A DNA stretch of 64,000 bases from Macrostomum hystrix (Eukaryota > Animalia > Platyhelminthes), in contig CATNEN010000038.1 in the NCBI GenBank assembly GCA_950097015.1, positions 13,330,001 to 13,394,000 on the forward strand. Direction: 5' to 3'. How positions within the stretch are numbered: position 1 is the stretch's first letter; the number at the start of each line of letters is the position of its first letter. This document shows, piece by piece, positions 58,169 to 64,000 of the stretch. A model generated the notes under the pieces. That model was not told the origin of the DNA. It was given only the letters and a program-made list of their open reading frames with translations, and made no database searches. The position numbers and the translations under genes are program-made.

Positions 58169-61100
58169 TGGCCGGACGCTTTTCACTGGGCCGCTGAGCA
58201 TCTTTTTCTTCGGCGTCGATGACTGCGGCTACGGCTGTGAGCTAGAAAATTTGTATGGGTTTTGGAATCCGGTCAAATTAGGCACCAAAGTAAGTTTTCG
58301 AATTAAGCCCGAAATCACGTCTGTGAATGAAAATGTCGGAGTAGATGTACACCTGCAAGGCCTCTCACCCCTTCTGTGTCCTCGCCATTGCCGTCGCTAT
58401 CATCGTCAGCAGCCGCCATCGAGCCGCCTTCGACCTCTTCCTCCTCGGAGCCGATTAGCGTCATCTCGCGGGTCTCGCTCGCAGCCAGCTGAACAGCCAA
58501 ACCGCTGCTGACATCGTCCTCGACGAGCTCAGCCTCCTCTACTGGGCCCTGATCATCATCTTTGTCTTCTTCTTCCTCTTCTTCTTCGTCCTCGTCGTCA
58601 TCATCGTCGCCAGCTTCAGCTGCGCCAACATCACCTCTGCGCCCGCTGCTGCCCTCACCGCGTCGGTTGTTGGCTTCATCCAAGTTAGCAATTAGCCGGT
58701 GAAAAGCCAACTCGTTAAACAGAGTCTCGCTCAGGTCCACCAACAGGTCCTCTAGGCAATCCACTAGTCGGCGGCCCTGGTATCTGTGGCAGAGATGGTG
58801 TTGGTGCTTTGCTAAGAATAAGAGAGAAACTGATTGATTGACAGATCAGACAAGCTACTCTTTAAAGTAATTTTTCCGAGGAAAAAAGAGATCAACCACA
58901 GAATCGTATTTCTTTACTGATCAGCGATAAAGTTGTATCATAGGAAACACACTAACATACTAAGTAGGAAAAAAAGAAGGCTTGCTACGCTTATCTTTTA
59001 TTAACGGAATCGCCGTTCGCAGTATTCAACTGTCAGATAAAAAAGTAAAATAACAAGCTTAGAAGAAATGCTAATTGACAGTCGCAGACAGGGTGCTTAC
59101 CTAGCCAGGGCATCCGTCACCAGGTTAGACAGCTGCCGCGAGAACAGGCGCTCGAACTCATCGTCCGAGTCAGTCGTAGAAGCTCCGACAGGCTGATGGG
59201 CCGCCATGATGAGGCGAACACGGCGCAGTGCCAGATCGCGCAGCCAGGTAAGAAACTGCAGCGTAGCAGTCTCGTGAGCATGTGCCTTGACCAGTGGAAT
59301 GAGGTGGTGCACCACGGCTTTGATCTGGGCGTCTAGGCGACGGCTGTCCAGCAGCTGTGGTCGCGGAGGCACTGGCGGTGGCTGCTGCTGCTGCTGCTGC
59401 CGCCGATCTCGCAAGATTTGCATCGCTCTGAAAGTGGAAGTTATGGATAAAAAATTATTCCATTCACTCCCTCCTCCCTGGGCTCAATCCCTCCAAACTG
59501 AGCTCCGATCTCTGCTAACTGAGCTCCACTCTGTCCTAACTGAGCTCTACTCTCTCTAACTGAGCTCTACTCTGTCCTAACTGAGCCCCACTCTCTCTAA
59601 CTGAGCTCTACTCTGTCCTAACTGAGCCCCACTCTCTCTAACTGAGCTCTACTCTGTCCTAACTGAGCCCCACTCTCTCTAACTGAGCTCTACTCTGTCC
59701 TAACTGAGCTCCACTCTCTCTAACTGAGCTCCACTCTGTCCTAACTGAGCTATACTCTAACTGAGCTCCACTATGTCCTAACTGAGCTCTTTTCTGTCCT
59801 AACTGAGCTCTACTCTCTCTAACTGAGCTCCACTCTGTCTAACTGAGCTCCACTCTCTCTAACTGAGCTCCACTCTGTCCTAACTGAGCTATACTCTAAC
59901 TGAGCTCCTCTCTCTCTAACTGAGCTCCACTATGTCCTAACTGAGCTCTATTCTGTCCTAACTGAGCTCTACTCTCTCTAACTGAGCTCCACTTTGTCTA
60001 ACTGAGCTCCACTCTCTCTAACTGAGCTCCACTCTATTTATTTCATGGGGTTGAGTCTCTCCTTAAAGAGCTCAGTCTTACCTGTCCAGGTGCACCACAG
60101 TGTCGCCAAGCGAGTCTCTGGCAAACATGCTCCCGCCGCCAGCGCCGGCTCTCGCGCTTGGTGTGGTGGACACGGAGCTGCTGGCATCGTAGTAGACCAC
60201 TGGCTCGGCATAGTCGGCTGCGCCGCCACCAGCCAGACGACGGGCTAGGGCCCTAGCGGCAGCGCGCCTGACCGCATCTTCGTTATCATCACCGGCTGCT
60301 GTGGCTGAAGTTGCCGTAGTTGTTGTGGCGTAGCTCTCCGATGGCGTCTGTTCGATGCCAGCCCCAGCTTCTGCAGCGGCAGCAGAAATACCAGCGTCGC
60401 GAAGCCACGGTGGCAGGCGACGATTGGCGCCAATGGCATTGCTTCCCGCGCTGACCTGCCTGCTGGCGAGAATGTAGCGTGCCTTTTAATTTCTCATCAG
60501 ACTGTGTTTGAGGTTTGTATGCCATCAGACTATAAGACTAATAAGACTATAGGACACATCAGTCATCAGCTATGCGATAAGATCCTAGGTTGCTATGCGA
60601 TCAGACTAATGTTGCTATGTAAAGAGTCCAGTCTTAATATTCAATATCAAACTGCTAATAAATCCAACTCGAACTTCCCACCTGCTTAGGTGCCTATTGA
60701 CCAGCTCCTGCAATGCGAGCAGGGCACGCTGTCTGAGAAAGTCGGTAGACAGCAACTGAAGCTCGCGAAACAGTTCAACAAGGTAGTGCGGCCTGGCCTC
60801 GTTCTGAGAGATTAGCGCCGCTACCTCTGAGTAGATGCTTTCACGCAGGCTCTCGAATCCGCTGCGACCGGCAACACCGGAGCCACCGACAGCGGCTTCG
60901 GCCTCTTCTTCTTCATCATTCTCATCGTCATCATCATCATCTTCGTACGGCACAGGTCCAGTGCCGGCAATGCCAGATGAGACACCGCCGCGACCCAGTG
61001 GCGGAGTACGACCACGCTGCTGCTGCTGCACTTGGTGACTCTGCAGTTTCTTGGGCGAACGAAGCGAAGCAAGGTCTAATCTGGGCATGGACTCGGTCTG

Positions 61101-63993
61101 TGAGCCGGCTGAAGTCTTAGAGACCGGCTGCTGCTCCTGCTGCTGCCTCTGGCATTGATGCAGACAGCTTGGAGGTTGCTGCCAGAACCAGCACGGAGGT
61201 GGGGGTGGGGGTTGCATCGGCGGCGGCGGCATCTGCGGCGTCATCATCGGATGCTGAGCCGCGGAAGCGAGGCCGCTGACTTGCTGGGAAAGGCGGGTCA
61301 TCTCCTGCTGCTGGGTGGCCAGCATTGAGCAACACTGCTGTAGGCACAGCAGAACCTGCGTGGCCGAGCCGAGATTACCTAGTGACTCCTGCTGGCGTCC
61401 CTGATGCCGGCGTCGACGATTAGCTGCCGCAGTCTCCTCGGCCTCATCATCATCATCTTCATCGTCATCGACCTCATCCTCTTCCTCCTCCTCTTCAGCA
61501 TCGACTGCATCCTCCAAGTTGGACGCCGCTGAGGTGGAGCCGCCCCAGGTGGCTGCAGCAGAGGCGATGGTTGCGGACGTTGGATCCACGCCGACGCCAC
61601 CTCTACCGCCGCGGAGCTCCTCCCGCAGCAGCTTCTCTGTGCGCATCCGTCCATAAACTGTTTCGTTGGTGAGTAGTGAGGTGGTGGCCACGGGTTCCTG
61701 GAATGTCACGCTTCCTGCTCCGCCGACTGCCACCTGCTCAGCGGATCGGGCGTCATCCTCGTCGCTGTCGTCTATCTCCTCCTCTTCGTCGTCTTCGTCC
61801 TCGTTGCCGATTTCACGAATCTCAGCAACTCGAACACCGCCTCGAGAAGCAAAAGCAGCGGCCGGAGTTCCTCCAGAGGCCTCGACAGCCTCTGCGTCAC
61901 GCAGTCTTCGCTGCAGCCGCTCCAGTTGTCCCTGCAGCTCGGACAGACGCTCGCGTTCCTCCATGAGCTGGCGCAGCTCCTGGGACTGCTCTAGGACGGC
62001 TAGATCATACAGCTGTTGCTCTGGCAGGTCGGCTGGGGCCTCCATGCCACCAAGTGAAGACACGCCCTCCAGCAGCGCTTGCAGCCTTGCAAGCTTGGAC
62101 TTGGCATCGCGAAGCTGACGTGCCCGCTGCTGAGTGAGCGGATCGGCGTCCGCCCACTGAACGCTGTCAGCCTCCGACGATGCGGACGCCTTACTGATGC
62201 CAGCCGTAGCCGCGGCAGCTGATGACGCCACACCACGCTCCGAGCTTTCGTCGCCGTCTAAACTGCTGCCGTAGTTGAGCAGTCGGCGACGCGCTCTATC
62301 CTCCATCTGTCGAGCACTGGTCGAGCTGCGGCCTGAAGTGGCCGAAGTCGGAGCTGCTGGCTGCGAAAATGCCGCGGCGGATGTGGCCCCTCTCTGTTGG
62401 CTGTCTCCATCGGATGTGGCAGCGTCTAGGGTGGAAGCAATGTGCGCAGTAGAATACACTATTACTTTGTATAATTACTTAAGAGTACATTATAGACTGG
62501 TACTTAAGTAGAAAACTAAATCGTCAGGTAACTCTAACTCTCTGTGGCTAGTCAGTGACACGAAAGTTTCAGCTAACGGATTGTAACTCTATGCGGATTC
62601 TCTCCTGGGACTGAAGCTATAAAATTACCAGGGATGTTAGACTCCTTTAAAATAAAGAGAGACAAGAGTAGCCAGTAGCGCACCTCCGCGTCCGTGAATG
62701 AACTCGGCTGCCTCCTGGTAGTAAGCCACAAGCTGTCGGATGCCGCTAAGCCGGTCTCGCACTGTGCGCAGTTTCTCGAGCTGGGCCCGGGCGTCCATAG
62801 CGCCTAGAAGGCTGGCTGCCTCGCCAGCCGTGTTGCCGGCTCGCAGAGAGCTGGCGAAAGCCTATGATTCGCCAGGGTTCAATACTTCACTGTCAGCAGA
62901 AAAGGCTACATAGATCATTGAAAAGGACAATAATTCTAGTTGGTCAGTAGGAAGCAGATGATTCAGATCAGGTGATCAGGTCAGATCAGATCAGATGACT
63001 CACCTGCTGCTCAGTGCTCGTTGTCGAGGCATCGACTCCAGCCGCACGCAAAGCGCTCAACTCGCCAAGCGCCGCGTCCAGCCTGGCCTTCTTGGCCTCT
63101 AAATCAGTCAAACGACGAGCCAGACGGGCCTCCGGTTCCACAGCGTCTGTCGAAGCGGCCGCTGTTGACGATGCCGCAGCCGACGCCACAGTTTCCCGCT
63201 CCTCATCAGCCTCTGAGTCCTCCTGAAGCGTCCGTGGCGCGGATCTAATCGACTCGTCTTCTTCTTCGTCGGCCTCGGCGGCGGCGGCCAGCCGACCAGC
63301 CAACTGTGCTCCGGCAGCGGCGCGCAGTGTCTCGCGTTGCCGCATTAGCTGCAGCTGGCGCCGCTGCTCTGCCTGCTCGCCCTGCATGACGGCCACCGCC
63401 TGACCTTGCCTGGCACGCAGTCGCTCCTGCCTGAGCAGCATCTCGCGCAGGCGATCCCGCTGTTCGCGCAGGTCGTCCAGCTCCTGACGCCGGCTTGTCA
63501 AAGCCTCTTGAGCATCTGCCTGGGTGAAGTTGCGGATACTCAGTAGACGAGCCACTAACTCATATTGTACAAACAGTTAGACTTAAAAATATGCATTTTT
63601 GGGGTGAAATCATAGTTGTTCAGACCTTAGAAACATATAACTCACTTGCAAGGCGCGCCTCTCAGCCAGCAGGCGCCGCATACGCTCTTGCTCTATCCGC
63701 AGCGCCGCAAGCTCTCGTTCGACGCTTTCGTCAATCGCCGTAGCTGGAGCTATTCCAGCGGCGCCAGTTTCTTCGTCCGCCTCTTCATAATCGTCTTCGC
63801 CTTCGGCTGCTCCGCCAGCGGCATCAATCGATGCTGGCGGAGCGGCAACGGCAGCCTGTGGCACATCGCCAGTGTCTGGCAGCAGGCGGCCCAGCAAGGC
63901 TATGTACTCCTCTTCCTGAGCGGCCAGCTGCCGCATCAGCTGATCCAGATTGCGGCCCTGCTCGCCGTCAACCGAACGGCGTAGGGCCAAAGC
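57927..63993 (-). CDS. PCM1: Pericentriolar material 1 homologue, 3' part (multi-exon; 5' end beyond the window)
   Basis: PCM1_C motifs FESLRESIYSEVAALISQNEARPHYLVELFRELQLLSTDFLRQRALLALQELV, LDAQIKAVVHHLIP and EDLLVDLSETLFNELAFHRL. Coiled-coil and acidic exons upstream. Stop TGA at 57927-57929. Confidence 0.92.
59495..60035. repeat. ~21-22-bp minisatellite (ctaactgagctcyactctstc), ~25 copies, in a PCM1 intron
   Basis: Tandem aactgagc units with alternating variants. Confidence 0.95.
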
Positions 63994-64000
63994 CTGGAGT

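Noticed and set aside
59495-60035. Array of CTAAC branch-point motifs
   Set aside because: CTAAC is on the strand antisense to PCM1, so it cannot act as a branch point for this intron.
60821-63984. Antisense and alternative-frame ORFs over PCM1 exons (similar ones overlie SF3B2 and the ZnF gene)
   Set aside because: They are shadow ORFs of GC-rich, triplet-repetitive coding sequence.

Overview
Eukaryotic (metazoan) genomic DNA with GT-AG introns. The Q/A-rich GC-rich exons, the AT-rich introns and a flatworm-type rhodopsin GPCR suggest a free-living flatworm such as Macrostomum (inference). Genes reconstructed by hand: TRMT6 (+), a frameshifted rhodopsin-like GPCR (-), a CCDC34/MAP9-like coiled-coil gene (-), C1GALT1 (-), an orphan gene with a myristoylation signal, an RVxF motif and two divergent KH-like domains (-), SF3B2 (-), a C2H2 zinc-finger gene (+), Smad4 (-) and the 3' part of PCM1 (-). 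The window carries many transposon relics: an internally deleted Ty3/gypsy element inside a TRMT6 intron, LTR fragments, a DIRS-like RT relic, a Myb-only Harbinger nested in a solo LTR, a long-TIR Tc1-like element, MULE-, hAT- and Merlin-like MITEs with target-site duplications, and LINE/SINE fragments, plus several minisatellites. The most notable observations are a tandem array of Smad-binding CAGAC boxes in the Smad4 intron, CpG-depleted domains with CpG-transition footprints upstream of two genes, acceptor-adjacent start codons compatible with SL trans-splicing, and the orphan KH-like gene. No prokaryotic-type system (CRISPR etc.) is present. Coordinates were read by eye and no searches were run.
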